Source of the DNA: Cyanophora paradoxa CCMP329
Lineage: Eukaryota; Plantae; Glaucophyta
NCBI GenBank assembly: GCA_004431415.1
Contig: QPMI01000112.1
Location: 1 to 59,637, forward strand
Direction of reading: 5' to 3'
Length of the DNA: 59,637 nt
The translations under genes were made by a program, and so were the position numbers. Of the stretch, positions 10,006 through 20,504 are shown one piece after another. Positions within the stretch are counted from its first letter, which is position 1. The number at the start of each line of letters is the position of its first letter. The notes under the pieces were generated by a model. The model saw only the letters and a list, made by a program, of their open reading frames with translations. It ran no database searches and was not told the DNA's origin.

Positions 10006-11393
10006 ATGGATGTTACCCAGAACTTGCAACGTCTTGGTCTAAAGGAGCTGCTCACAACTCCGCAGGAAGCTAAGGATTTCTTTATGAATAACGAGCTTAT
10101 GTTAGGTCTAACCAGCCAAACAAAGCCTGTGCGTGTCGTTGTCAACCCTAGCAATGACTATGGAGACTGCTTCGGAAAGAGGGTTACTTATTTCCTACCC
10201 CGTTACAATTTCCTTCAGGGGCTTGAACTCCAGTTTACCCTGCCCGAGCTGACCGCTTTTACTGGTGACACTGACCTGGTTCGCACTGGTTATCTGCGGT
10301 CTGTTGGTGCTCTTGTAAAGCGAATTGAAATCAAATATGCTTCCTACAGCTACATCGTCCCTGAGGACTGGCTTGTTCACAGCGCTCTGATTTTCAATGA
10401 TGATGCTCAGCTCAAAAGAAATACCGGTCAGGTGGCTGGCTACATGGAACACCACCTCAGGGGACAAATCGCACTGGAGGTATTTTCAGTGTAAAAATCC
10501 CCTGTCCATGGGAGGGTTCTGTGCTCCCAATTGGTGCTCTTTCTGGCGAGGTGTCTGTCGAGGTTTGGTTCCGTGATCGTGCCCAGGGCTTTGTTGAGAC
10601 CAGCTATGGTGGTAGGTTTGTAACGGAATATGCCATAGGCGGTGATGCGACTAAAGAAGATGGACTCGGGAGCGTGGGAGCCGCTGCTGCATCCCCTGCA
10701 AACATCGGCCAGAATATAACTCCCAATGTCCTCACTGTCACTCCTGAAAAACCCGAGCTTTCGAATCCGAAGATTATAGCTCACTGCATCAATGTTGATG
10801 AGGCCACTTTTGCCCAGGTGATTGAGAAAGTCAAATCTTCGGGGATTGCCATTCCCGCTACCGATGTCGGCTGGGTTGATGCTGATTCAATTACATATGC
10901 TGGTGCGGGAGCGCCCACCCGGATTAATCTGTCTCAAATCAGTGGACTTTGCTACGGTCTGTTCGTTAGCATTCGCAAACAGCCAAACATGAACCAAACT
11001 GACGGAAAACACAGTGTCCTCAAAACCGAGGCGAATACTCGTGATATCACTATTTCCTGCGAATTGAATGGCCAGCGGCTTTATTCAAACGAGCCTGTTC
11101 CTCTATTGCAAGGTGCTGAACTCATCGCTGATGTCTTCAAGTGCTCAAATCTCGACGCGCCTCTTAATCGATATGTTCTGACTGGTTTGCCATTTTGCAT
11201 TAGTGGGGATAAATCGATCCGAAATGCTGCTCAAACTGGTTTCGTAGATCTGACGAACTCGAGCAGCTGCTTCCTGAATATCATGAACCCTGCTGCGTAT
11301 GATGCTAACAACAAGATTTACGTCCAAATTCGCGCTCTCCTGCACACTGTCCTAATTGTTGATGCTGCGGGTCTTCGCAAAGTTAACCTCTAG
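10006..11393 (+). CDS. Major capsid protein, double jelly-roll type (frameshift near 10490-10520)
   Basis: ORFs 10006..10494 plus 10521..11393 give ~460 aa. FGKRVTYFLPRY..LQGLELQFTLPEL resembles the NCLDV/PLV MCP N-terminus. Lies between penton and ATPase; clear homolog in element 2. Confidence 0.75.
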
Positions 11394-11455
11394 AGAATCT
11401 GCTAATCTCGGTAGTTGGGCGCAGCCGAGGCAGCTTGTCTGCCGACTATTTTTTG

Positions 11456-12184
11456 ATGGATCAGTTCCAGCCTAGCGATATGAGGGTTCCATTCAAAGCC
11501 CTATTCATTTCAAAGTCTAATAGTGGGAAGTCTTTCTATTGCACAAAGCATTTGCTTCGACTGCTTTATCCAAAGATCAATCGCGTCGTAGTGTTTACGG
11601 CCACCAAATTCAATGGTGAATACTCTGCAATAACTAAAGAGCTTTACGACGATTTTCAGCCATCTATCGTTGCAGAAATCATTGATTCACAGCGAAATTT
11701 GATTGAAAACAAAAAGAAAGCGCCGCAGATATTGCTTGTATTGGATGATCTCGTTGCTGCCTCTGAAACTGTTGATCTGCGAAATAGCAAGACCGTTAAT
11801 CGACTTTTTACACAAGGTCGTCATTTTAATATCAGTACGATTCTTATGACCCAAAAGCTTACAGCATTGAGTCAATCTATAAGATCGAACTCCGACTATT
11901 GTTTTTTCTTCAGTTACTCTAATCATACCGAGCTCGAGGCAATTTATAGAGAATTTAGTCATCTCCCGAAAGATGAGTTTATTGCTTTGTTCGAGACTTG
12001 GGCGCATGATTATCAGTGCCTAGTCCTTGATGGAACGAAGTATGATACTGCCTGGTATGTTGATAAAGCTGTTGAAGATAAGAGTTTTCGTTTCTCTAAA
12101 TGGCTAAGACAAGAAGAAGAGTCTAAAAAAGAAGAGTCTTCGCCTGTTATCTCTAAAAAGAAGCGTTTTAAAATCTTAGCATAA
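11456..12184 (+). CDS. A32/FtsK-like DNA packaging ATPase
   Basis: Walker A ISKSNSGKS, Walker B LLVLDD, GRHFNISTILMTQ and IRSNSDY motifs. Confidence 0.92.
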   Translation: MDQFQPSDMRVPFKALFISKSNSGKSFYCTKHLLRLLYPKINRVVVFTATKFNGEYSAITKELYDDFQPSIVAEIIDSQRNLIENKKKAPQILLVLDDLVAASETVDLRNSKTVNRLFTQGRHFNISTILMTQKLTALSQSIRSNSDYCFFFSYSNHTELEAIYREFSHLPKDEFIALFETWAHDYQCLVLDGTKYDTAWYVDKAVEDKSFRFSKWLRQEEESKKEESSPVISKKKRFKILA

Positions 12185-12193
12185 GAACAGAAG

Positions 12194-12826
12194 ATGCCAC
12201 GTGGGATTCCAAGAAAGGGTTTTCGTGAACGAAGGGTGCTCCCAGAGCCAAACGCCCCTCTCATCGAAAGTGGTGCGACAGAGGGCGCAGCTGTTGCTGC
12301 TCCTAGCGGTGAACTAGCTAGTGACCCACGTCTTAATGCACCCGTTGCTAAAACGATCGCCTCGGCAGCAGCTAATGCCAGTGCGGTTGACGACCGACAA
12401 AGCCAGGTCAAAACTGTATCTGAAATGCAGTACGATATTGATGATGATGCTGCTAGAATTATCCAAGCCATGGCGTCTGAACCACGTTATTCAGGGCCGA
12501 AAATCAAGACAGCAACAGTGTCAAAAAGTCAGATTGACGAGTTGGCTGCCAAATTGCGTGATCTAGAAGCGAGGTCGGCTAATATCGAATCATATGTAAA
12601 AGATAAGCAAGAAAGAGCTAAGATCCGCGAGATGTTGCGAAGCGAGATGTTTAAGCACAGACCCATGGACGTGCCGGATTTGCGGTATCTGAAAAACGAA
12701 AAAGCTAAAGCCGAGCAATCGCTTGACTCTGCCGAAGTAAAACCTGCAACTCCAAATGTTTTCGAGCCAAATGTTACTGGGTCGCAGATGAAGAATGCGA
12801 TGGGTGGCCAGAGGATTCGGTTGTAA
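12194..12826 (+). CDS. Hypothetical protein (basic N-terminus, coiled coil)
   Basis: Intact 210-aa ORF co-oriented after the ATPase; positional counterpart in element 2. Confidence 0.6.
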   Translation: MPRGIPRKGFRERRVLPEPNAPLIESGATEGAAVAAPSGELASDPRLNAPVAKTIASAAANASAVDDRQSQVKTVSEMQYDIDDDAARIIQAMASEPRYSGPKIKTATVSKSQIDELAAKLRDLEARSANIESYVKDKQERAKIREMLRSEMFKHRPMDVPDLRYLKNEKAKAEQSLDSAEVKPATPNVFEPNVTGSQMKNAMGGQRIRL

Positions 12827-13343
12827 AATTCAGATGCAGAAATGGCTTATCCTCGGCGGACGTATGATGAAGGGCATAGGTGTCTCTGGCTTTAGCAGCA
12901 GCTTCAGCAGTAGTATAGTAGCCGATGTGTTTCCGATGTCCGTTTATCTGATAGTATGCTTTCCATTTACCAAGCTGCTGATTGAATGAAACACCAATGA
13001 AACCGCTGGTGTTTGTGACCCGCCGATTCTGGTTTAGAGTCTGCTGCCGCTTTGTTGCCAGTCGAAAATTTTCGCGTCTATTATCAAGTTTGTTCAGATT
13101 TATATGATCAACAGTTAAACCATTCTCCAACTCGCCACTGATGAAATTATGCATTCTTACCTTCTTACCATTGATGATGGTTTTGGCGTATCCATTATCT
13201 AAACTCCAGCGAAATCCAAGCACACGATCAGCATCTTCCTGTGAAACAAGAGCATAAGCAATGATGACTTTGCGGCGATTGCGAATTCCACCAAGCGGGA
13301 TTGCTACAGCGCCTTCAGGAACCTCTGGAATTGTGACTTCCAT
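12774..13343 (-). CDS. HNH endonuclease with AP2 DNA-binding domain (copy 1)
   Basis: RMHNFI...VDHINLNKLDNRRENFR (HNH) followed by NTSGFIGVS...KWKA...HIGYYTTAEAAAKARD (AP2). Confidence 0.9.
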   Translation of the reverse strand: MEVTIPEVPEGAVAIPLGGIRNRRKVIIAYALVSQEDADRVLGFRWSLDNGYAKTIINGKKVRMHNFISGELENGLTVDHINLNKLDNRRENFRLATKRQQTLNQNRRVTNTSGFIGVSFNQQLGKWKAYYQINGHRKHIGYYTTAEAAAKARDTYALHHTSAEDKPFLHLNFTTESSGHPSHSSSATQ

Positions 13344-13393
13344 GTCTTTCTTTACAATCTGAGATTGCGATCTCTTTAAGCCTAGTTCAGAGT

Positions 13394-13729
13394 TCAAAAG
13401 CCCGGCCCATCCGCCTCTGATATCGATAAGTCCAGATCAAGGTCATCTGCTGGTGATAACTCCACATTTTGTGGCTGCGTAGAATTTTGGGCTGCAGCCT
13501 GAGCAATCCTAGCAGCTCTTTCTTTTTTGTACAATCCCCACATAATGTCTGGTTTTGTCTCTCGGATTAGCTTAGATGCCTTGACAAACTGAGCGCGATC
13601 ATAATCACTTAGCCTGGCCCATCGACACAACCAGTGAGCATATGATGGATCTCTGAAAGCAACTTCAAGGTGTGTATGCCCTTTGTATTTCCCAATTCTC
13701 AGTATTGTCAGGCGCAGCGGCGATTCCAT
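13394..13729 (-). CDS. Small protein with GKYKG motif (ExoX C-terminal/DUF3820-like)
   Basis: IGKYKGHTHLEVAFRDPSYAHWL. Confidence 0.55.
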   Translation of the reverse strand: MESPLRLTILRIGKYKGHTHLEVAFRDPSYAHWLCRWARLSDYDRAQFVKASKLIRETKPDIMWGLYKKERAARIAQAAAQNSTQPQNVELSPADDLDLDLSISEADGPGF

Positions 13730-13816
13730 GATGCTTTAAAAGATAGAAATAAATCTCGTGATTCTAGCGCGATTTATACCGCTTAAATAATTTAGATCCT
13801 TAAATGAAAGAGGGAA

Positions 13817-14095
13817 ATGGAGTCAGCGCAGCGTCGCAAACCAGGGCGCAAACCGATTGCTCTTACGCCAGAGATTATTCAAGCAAGAAGGGAGAAGAAA
13901 GCAGAGTACCACCGCAGAAAATACAGCGAGGACCCTGCATATCGCCAGAGACACATTGAGCAGAGCAGCAGATATCAGGCTTCGCACAAAGATGCTCACA
14001 ACGAGGCAAACAAGCGCTATCGCACTCGGTTGATAAATCGAATCTCTGTACTTGAGAGTGCCCTAGCTTCCGCTGGAATCAGCGTCTCGGTCTAA
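13817..14095 (+). CDS. Small basic, probably DNA-binding protein
   Basis: RRKPGRKP...LTPE...RRKYSEDPAYR; similar to 47201..47596 (LTPEQ...RERYHSDPEFR). Confidence 0.55.
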   Translation: MESAQRRKPGRKPIALTPEIIQARREKKAEYHRRKYSEDPAYRQRHIEQSSRYQASHKDAHNEANKRYRTRLINRISVLESALASAGISVSV

Positions 14096-15296
14096 GTGTC
14101 CTCGTGTTGCTGGGCGCAGAATAAGAGGCCTTCGCATTTTCAAAAGACGTGTACCACCGAGCTGTCGAACCTCCTGGATTTAACGCCTTGGTTCCAGCAG
14201 TAAGCAGCTGCTTTTGAACCCGGAGAAGTCTCTTATTTTTTTCGATGTCTGACTTGTCCAGATTCTCTTGCATCAAATTCAGCTCCTGCTTTCGACGGCG
14301 AAGGGCATTCTGTGCAGCACTTCCAGCCCGCCGCTGCTCTGTCTCTGCTGGCACTTTCAGCAGCTGCTGGTAGCTCACCTCCTTGTCGTATCCAGCAAGC
14401 TTGAACTTGAGCAGAGGGCCAAATCCTCCTATAGCTTCAATCTGATAGACTTCTTTTGAGTACGTCGGCTTCGTTGATTTATCAAACGTGTTCCTCGCCA
14501 GCTTTACGCGCACAGAGTCTCCTACCTTGAACTCGGCCTCTTTCAGATAGTGCTGCTGCTCGTACGCCTCTCTCTGATAATCGTTTCTTGCAATAACAGG
14601 TGCTGGGTTCTTTGCTGCCTCATCAGGCGTAGTTTTAATAGCTCTATGCTCGGAGCTGTTATAGTTGCGCAGAAAGGATGGCAGCTTATCGATATATCGG
14701 TCGGTGTCGTACGCCTCCATGTATCTTGCAATGATCCGCTTCAGAGTACCATTAAAGCGCTCTACCTTTCCATTTGCCTGCGGACGATGCGCCTCGACAG
14801 CATTGTGCTTTATCCCCTCGGCTGCTAGCATAGTTGCAGCTGTAGCCTTGAATTCCTGATCCGTCTGAATGATATCGGGCTTCACCGGAAAGCTTGCTAT
14901 GAGCTGCCGCAGTGTCGAAAGCAGGGTCCCCTCGCTTTTATTTTTCATTGGGATGCTGTACGCTTTCCGGGTTACAACATCCACAGCGTTCATGATGAAG
15001 TGCACTCCGCGGTTGCTTCTAGCATAGGGACTGACATCGATCAAATCCACTTCATAATACTTCTCTGGGTGATTATACGTGATACTGGTGTACGGCTTCT
15101 CTTTCACCGGTTTTGCAAAGCGCTGAGCTGTGGACAGCTTCGCGAGCACTGCCTGCACCCTTGCCAGCGGCATCTTCAGCTTCTTAGCTATCCGTGCAGC
15201 TGACTGGAGCCCTGTCTCAGGATCATAGTAAGCATCAGAGATCGACAAAGTCAAGGTTGCCTTCTTGGCTGCCGCCTGTTGCTCGAACGTATTCAT
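14079..15296 (-). CDS. Retroviral-like (rve, DDE) integrase of Polinton type
   Basis: YYDP..G N-terminus; YEVDLID, IQTDQEF and NGKVERFNGTLK catalytic D-D-E; YNSSEHRAIKTTP; FKVGDSVRV SH3-like tail. Confidence 0.93.
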   Translation of the reverse strand: MNTFEQQAAAKKATLTLSISDAYYDPETGLQSAARIAKKLKMPLARVQAVLAKLSTAQRFAKPVKEKPYTSITYNHPEKYYEVDLIDVSPYARSNRGVHFIMNAVDVVTRKAYSIPMKNKSEGTLLSTLRQLIASFPVKPDIIQTDQEFKATAATMLAAEGIKHNAVEAHRPQANGKVERFNGTLKRIIARYMEAYDTDRYIDKLPSFLRNYNSSEHRAIKTTPDEAAKNPAPVIARNDYQREAYEQQHYLKEAEFKVGDSVRVKLARNTFDKSTKPTYSKEVYQIEAIGGFGPLLKFKLAGYDKEVSYQQLLKVPAETEQRRAGSAAQNALRRRKQELNLMQENLDKSDIEKNKRLLRVQKQLLTAGTKALNPGGSTARWYTSFENAKASYSAPSNTRTLRPRR

Positions 15297-18200
15297 GGGG
15301 AACCGTGCTGTAATATTCGTCAGGAATAATCTTTCGTTTCGTATACTCCGTTTTGTTGAGTATTCGGCTGAATGGAATCTGAATTATAGAGCTGAAGTCG
15401 ATCCCAGCATCGCGTTGCTTTCCATTGGGCTTGAAAACACGCGCTAGTTTAGAATCTAGTGTGCACTGCGGCTGATAACGTTCCTCTAGCATCCTTGTGA
15501 AGGCCTCCAAAGCAATTCGGTTATCAAGGGATTCCTTCTTTGCCACTGGATCACTCGGGAGCCAGTTCTCCTCTATCCAGCTCTTCGGAATTCCCTTTGC
15601 CCGCACATGCAGATCTGGTTCCCCATTCGACCTCACAAAGTAGCAGCAATAAACCTTTGGGCCAATGAAGTAAGCCTCAGTAATTCTCCCTTGGATGTCA
15701 TAATCTAGTTTCCCCAGCTCGCTCTCGCAGATCATTCTATTCCCTTCCTCCTCTGACATTCCCTCAACTGAATATGGCTGCTTCATGCAGTCCTTCAGAA
15801 GCTCAGCAAACCTCCTGTGCACGATCATAGAATCTGTATCTGTGTAGTATGGCATTGCCTCTACGTCCTTATATGAGTTCATCCTCACCAAAAATCGATC
15901 CATGATTTCGCGGCTGTAGGAGAGGATAAATGCACCAACAAAGCAAGGCTTCGAAACGCAGGCATCCCGCCTATACTCAGGGATCTCAAATGTGACGTAC
16001 ATTCTCGTATCATTCTCTATGTCAATGTCTGTAATCGTCGATGATCGCTGTATCTCCTTGAATCGTCTGTAGTTTGAGACCAGCTCGGTTGTCTCAATTA
16101 CTGGACGCTGAGCAAATTTTCCATAGAGCCCATTCAAGAGGATCTTCGCCGTAGCATACTGGGCGGTCCCCTTTCGTGAGCGTGCTTTCATGCAGTACAG
16201 CTTCTCAATGTAATCTTTGAACATTCGTTCCTTGCCCTCAAACAAGTACACCTCGTGCAGCTCTGTGATCTCAACTCCCAGTGCTATTGCCCGGTAGATA
16301 TCGACTGAGGTGTACATTTCTTTCTCAATAGGCTTCAAGTTAGACCATCCCAGATTGGCTTCGTGGCGGGGAAGGGGAGAGAGCACAAGATCCTGAGGAA
16401 TTTTAGCGCTAATCTTTGCAACAAACAGCTGTTCCATTTTCCTGCTCAGCATAAACTTGCGGAATCGCTCTAGCTCCGCTTGATCGGTGATGCATTTGAA
16501 TTTACCAGTGGGAAAGTAATTAAAGTACATAGCCGTCGGATAGAGAGAGACCACATCCAGATCTACCAAGTAATCATCTGGACCCTTCGAGACAAACTTC
16601 CGCTTGAATGGTAGGCATCGCCCTCCGTAAATCGCTTTGCGAAAAATCTGGTCCTCCTTGTATTTCGGTAGCAGCACTTCCGTTTTCATCAGCTGCCTGT
16701 GGATCTGAAAAGCCATCGCCGATGCTGTCAAGGTGCGCTTCGAATTCACATTGATCCCAAATAGATCAAAACATGTCCGAGCGTACTTAATATACAGCTC
16801 AGTCATCGACCGAACGTCAGCTCTCAAATATTCGCTCCAGGCTTCCTTGTGAATCTCAACGTCATCCCACGCTCTTATCTTTCGGTGGTCAAAATCCCCT
16901 TTCAAGGTGGTGCACCCGTAGTCCTTCCCAGCCTGCCGCAGTGAGCCCTGTATGTGCAAACAGGGGTCAAAGCTTTTAAACTCTCCCCCAGCCAGCGTCT
17001 TCCACTCCATGCTCTTGATCTTTCCGGATGAGCGCATCACCTTGACCTGGCAGTCTGGGCGGTTCTGGACAAGCCACTTATAGATAAATATCAAGTCGAA
17101 GCCGCTGCCATTGAAGAATACTAGAGTCGACTTTTCTTTCCAGTCGTCAAGCCAGAGCATAAACTGTTCCAGAGTTTCGGGGCCGCAGAACGATTTCGTT
17201 TCCGTGATCTCTCCTTTGCTAATTATGTCCATATCGACTGCGTACGGAACGTGGGTCGTGCGGTTGGGTGCAAACGTTTCAAAGTCTGCCGCTATGACTG
17301 AGTTTAGGGCTGTAAACTCTTCCTCGGGCTCGCATGGCTTGATTTTGCGTTCAATAACGCTCTTGTTCCTCACTGCTTCATCGCATTTGCTTGCATGGTC
17401 CTCCTTCGGATTGTAGGCGCAGCGGCAGGTATAGCAGAAGCGGCAGGTTTCCTTGTGAGTCGCCAAATCATACTGCATCTTTCCGCAGGCTCTGCACTTC
17501 TGCATCTCGCACGTTCTCTTATCTTTAATTAGAAAGCAGTGCGCATCGACCACGCAAAGGTGGGCTCGGCGTTCAAAGCCAAATTCAGTTGAAAATAGGA
17601 GCTTGAACTTCGACGCGCTGCGGTCCGAGACCCACTCGAAAATGCTTGCATCGATTCTATAGTGCTGGCTCAGCTTGCGTATGGTAGGTTCATCGACTAC
17701 AATTAGGCCCGTGGAAGCCCCAGCTGTGTGCGAATTGAACTGTAATCAACATGCTGAAGCTTCTTATATACTCTCTCAAGGTTCAGGCGACCGGGATTGA
17801 GCTTCTCATGCTCAAAGCATTCAAGCACGCAGTTGTCCTCTGGAGAGATCGGACAGTAGATCTTGTTCATCGTTAGAGCCTTCCCTCCAAAGGGCAGCTT
17901 AGGTACATTTCCCAGAGCCCCTGCTGCGTTTTCTGCGATAAGCACCTCGATCTGCACGACTGGCCAGACATCAGTGTCCTCGTAGGGCTGCTGCGCTAGC
18001 ATCCAACTCTCCATCTTCTCCGCGAGATTTGCTAGAAGTGACTGCATCGTGCCCTCCTCTATGGTCGCAAGCTGCGTGCGGTACATGTGGAAATTCTCAA
18101 AATGAAAGCGAATTAAAACAGCAGCTCCAATCCTCTCTGGGATTCGCAGCTCATTCAGAAACGCTATCGTCAATTCTTTCACTCTCTCTGGATCAGCTGT

Positions 18201-18608
18201 CGGCTCTATCTCTATAATGTCCTTCGTGAAAAGCAGCCCTGGATACTCGTGGTGAGTATAGGTGCGAACTACGTTAACGTTGGCCGATGCCTGCTCGCGG
18301 AATAGCCCTGATATAGCTTCCGCAACTTCATCAATCTCCTGTGTTGCTGCTGCTCGCGCAGCCTGCGCCCTCTCAAAATGAGCGGCAACGTCTCGCCCGT
18401 ACAGCGGACGCTGAGGCCTTTCTGTCCCCTGCAGCCTGAGCAGTGATGCTAGAGAGGATCGGAGTGTGTCAGTGTGGGTCCTGGTGTTTGAAAGAGGCCG
18501 CAGTAGCGAGTTCCTATACGTTGCATTAATGTAGCCTCGCTCATACAGCCTCTGTGCAAGCTCGTTGATTTCGGTTCTAAGGCTAGCTCTTACGGCTCGG
18601 GAGCTCAT
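15235..18608 (-). CDS. Protein-primed family B DNA polymerase with N-terminal terminal-protein/OTU-like region (one frameshift at ~17705)
   Basis: Exo I ADFET, Exo II FFNGSGFD, Exo III YLRADV; Pol A DVVSLYP, B KILLNGLYGKF, C YTDTDS. The frame of ORF 15235..17553 stays open upstream to ~17705, where it abuts ORF 17703..18608 (EDNCVLECF...HLCVVDAHC). Confidence 0.93.
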
Positions 18609-19038
18609 GTTTCGATTAATGATACAATCAGAAAACTTTTTCGAAATTCAGCGCGCACAATCTCTGATTGATAACTATCATCGCGTTTTCTTTAAGGGGT
18701 GTAAATAAAAACGTTCCGATGGCTAGGACAAGCCTGCACTGTGACTCTGGCTTGGAAAGGATAGAGTGAGATAGCTCTCGAGTGCGCTCGATTTCTTGCT
18801 CTCGCCAAGTCAAGAGATCGCTGGACAAAGTTCTCACTTCCAGCCAATCGCAGCTCGAGGATCCTTTGCATCTGCTCGGAACTCGGCCTGTGATTGGCTA
18901 GAGCCAAAGTGTCTTGACGTTTCGCGAAGTCCAGCTATCGACCTTATTTTTTATAGAGCTCGATGGCTCCGGCTGCAGGTTCGAAGTCGAAAAAAAAGCG
19001 GCTCCAAGCCAAAGAAGTCCTTTGATTATCCAACTCTA

Positions 19039-19566
19039 TTAATTTAGAGATTCTGGGAAATTAAGTCGTAGAAACATTCTGTCTGTCTCATTTACATTTT
19101 GAATAGCAAACAGATCACGAGCTTTAGCGGCTTCTTCTGCACTAGAGAAATACCCAATGTGTTTGTTGTGTCCATTTATTTGGAAACAAGCTCGCCATTT
19201 ATTCACAGACTTGTAATAGCTCACTCCTACAAATCCACTTGAATTATTCTTTTGAAGCACATGATTTAGTTGTTGCTGCTGATTTGTAGCCAGGCGGAGA
19301 TTCTCACGCCTGTTATCCAGTTTATTACAATTTATGTGATCAATAGAGAACCCTGGATTGACCGATCCTACGATCAACTGGTGCATTGTTGTTTTTGTTT
19401 TCTTTCCATTTACAAAGATATGACATTGAGCATAACCATTTCTAAGATTCCAACGTTTCCCATTAATTAGTTCAGCATCAGCTGCTGATATGAAAGACTG
19501 TGCTACTATTCCATTTCGCCCATAAATTGGAATTGCAATCGCTCCATTGGGAATTTCGATCTCCAT
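19039..19566 (-). CDS. HNH endonuclease with AP2 domain (copy 2)
   Basis: TMHQLI...IDHINCNKLDNRRENLR and NNSSGFVGVS...KWRA...HIGYFSSAEEAAKARD; paralog of 12774..13343. Confidence 0.9.
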   Translation of the reverse strand: MEIEIPNGAIAIPIYGRNGIVAQSFISAADAELINGKRWNLRNGYAQCHIFVNGKKTKTTMHQLIVGSVNPGFSIDHINCNKLDNRRENLRLATNQQQQLNHVLQKNNSSGFVGVSYYKSVNKWRACFQINGHNKHIGYFSSAEEAAKARDLFAIQNVNETDRMFLRLNFPESLN

Positions 19567-19611
19567 CTGTTTAGCCTTCCTGTGCCTTGTTATTCTATAC
19601 ATTCGTGATAT

Positions 19612-19623
19612 CTTTAAGTCATT
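19612..19623 (-). promoter_or_regulatory. Putative viral promoter motif AATGACTTAA(A/G)G
   Basis: Upstream of HNH copy 2; same motif upstream of element-2 genes at 47087..47102 and 47650..47665. Confidence 0.45.
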
Positions 19624-20013
19624 CTCGGCCGCGGAATCGCGGCGTACCCCAAAGAGAGCGGACTAGTATCCTGGCCGACCGGTTTCACTCCGGGCATTTG
19701 ATCGGGCAATCGTACCGGGTCAGTAGGAATATATCACATACGGGTAACATTTGGCGTTATATGCATTCATGGTGCACTTCGATTTACCCGGTCTCCCGAG
19801 TCCCGACTCGGCGACTCCCGCGACTAGAGTCCCGAGTAGTACTAGAGTCAGTCAGACAGTGATACACTACCGTAGTACCGTAGTACGCCCTACAGTACGT
19901 ATCATAGTATCATAGACTCATAGTCCGACGGTCTGTACTAGACTCCGAGTAGACTCTATAGATCTCTATAGCTTCTTGAGGTACGCAATGACGGTATTGG
20001 TCGCGGCTGCAAA

Positions 20014-20504
20014 GCTGTAGACGAAAAAAGAAGGACGGTTGGGTCCACTTCACAGCCGGGGCGAACACGAACACGGTCTAATGAAAACTAATTAATGACT
20101 TAAATTTTTCATATATATAGATGCAAAAGTTTTAAAAAGTTTTAAAATTTAGATGCAAAAGTTTTAAAATAAACGTTCAAGTTTAATTTGAGATAAACTT
20201 ACACTGCTAAATCTTTTATTTTTTATTTTCACTCGCAAAATTAACGTTTGTTCTAAACAACTATAAAAACTAGCGCTGGCTGCGAAGTGGAGCTGAACCG
20301 ACCGTTTTTTTAGTCGTTGAGTTCACAGCCATGTCCAATCATCTTCTCACAGCTGTCTGTAAGATCCTATTGCTATTAATATAATGCTGTAGCTGCAGCC
20401 TGCAGCGCTAGCTGGCTGCGAAGTGGAGCTGAACCGACCGTTTTCTTAGTCGTTGAGTTCACAGCCATGTCCAATCATCTTCTCACAGCTGTCTGTAAGA
20501 TCCT
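20014..20504. repeat. Subterminal repeat structure: two 94-bp direct repeats (20275..20368, 20411..20504), an imperfect inverted partial copy (~20014..20058) and an AT-rich core
   Basis: gctggctgcgaagtggagctgaaccgaccgtttt...aagatcct occurs twice; reverse complement of ~20014-20058 is cggctgtgaagtggacccaaccgtccttcttttttcgtctacagc; agatgcaaaagttttaaaa is duplicated in the spacer. Confidence 0.8.

Larger units (their letters stand above)
1..19990. mobile_element. Endogenous Polinton-like virus / Maverick-type element 1 (left end outside window; right boundary approximate, ~19.7-20.5 kb)
   Basis: Intronless, densely packed, lower-GC block encoding pPolB, rve integrase, A32-like ATPase, MCP, two minor capsid proteins, lipase and fibres; composition shifts to very GC-rich intron-containing DNA after ~20.7-21 kb. 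Confidence 0.9.

Noticed and set aside
17700-17710. Programmed ribosomal frameshift in pPolB
   Set aside because: No clear slippery heptamer, and indels are common throughout the window, so sequencing error is more parsimonious.
6498-18608. Classification as a bona fide virophage (Mavirus-like)
   Set aside because: No maturation cysteine protease or SF3 helicase visible and the MCP is shorter with an NCLDV/PLV-like N-terminus; cannot be settled without profile searches.
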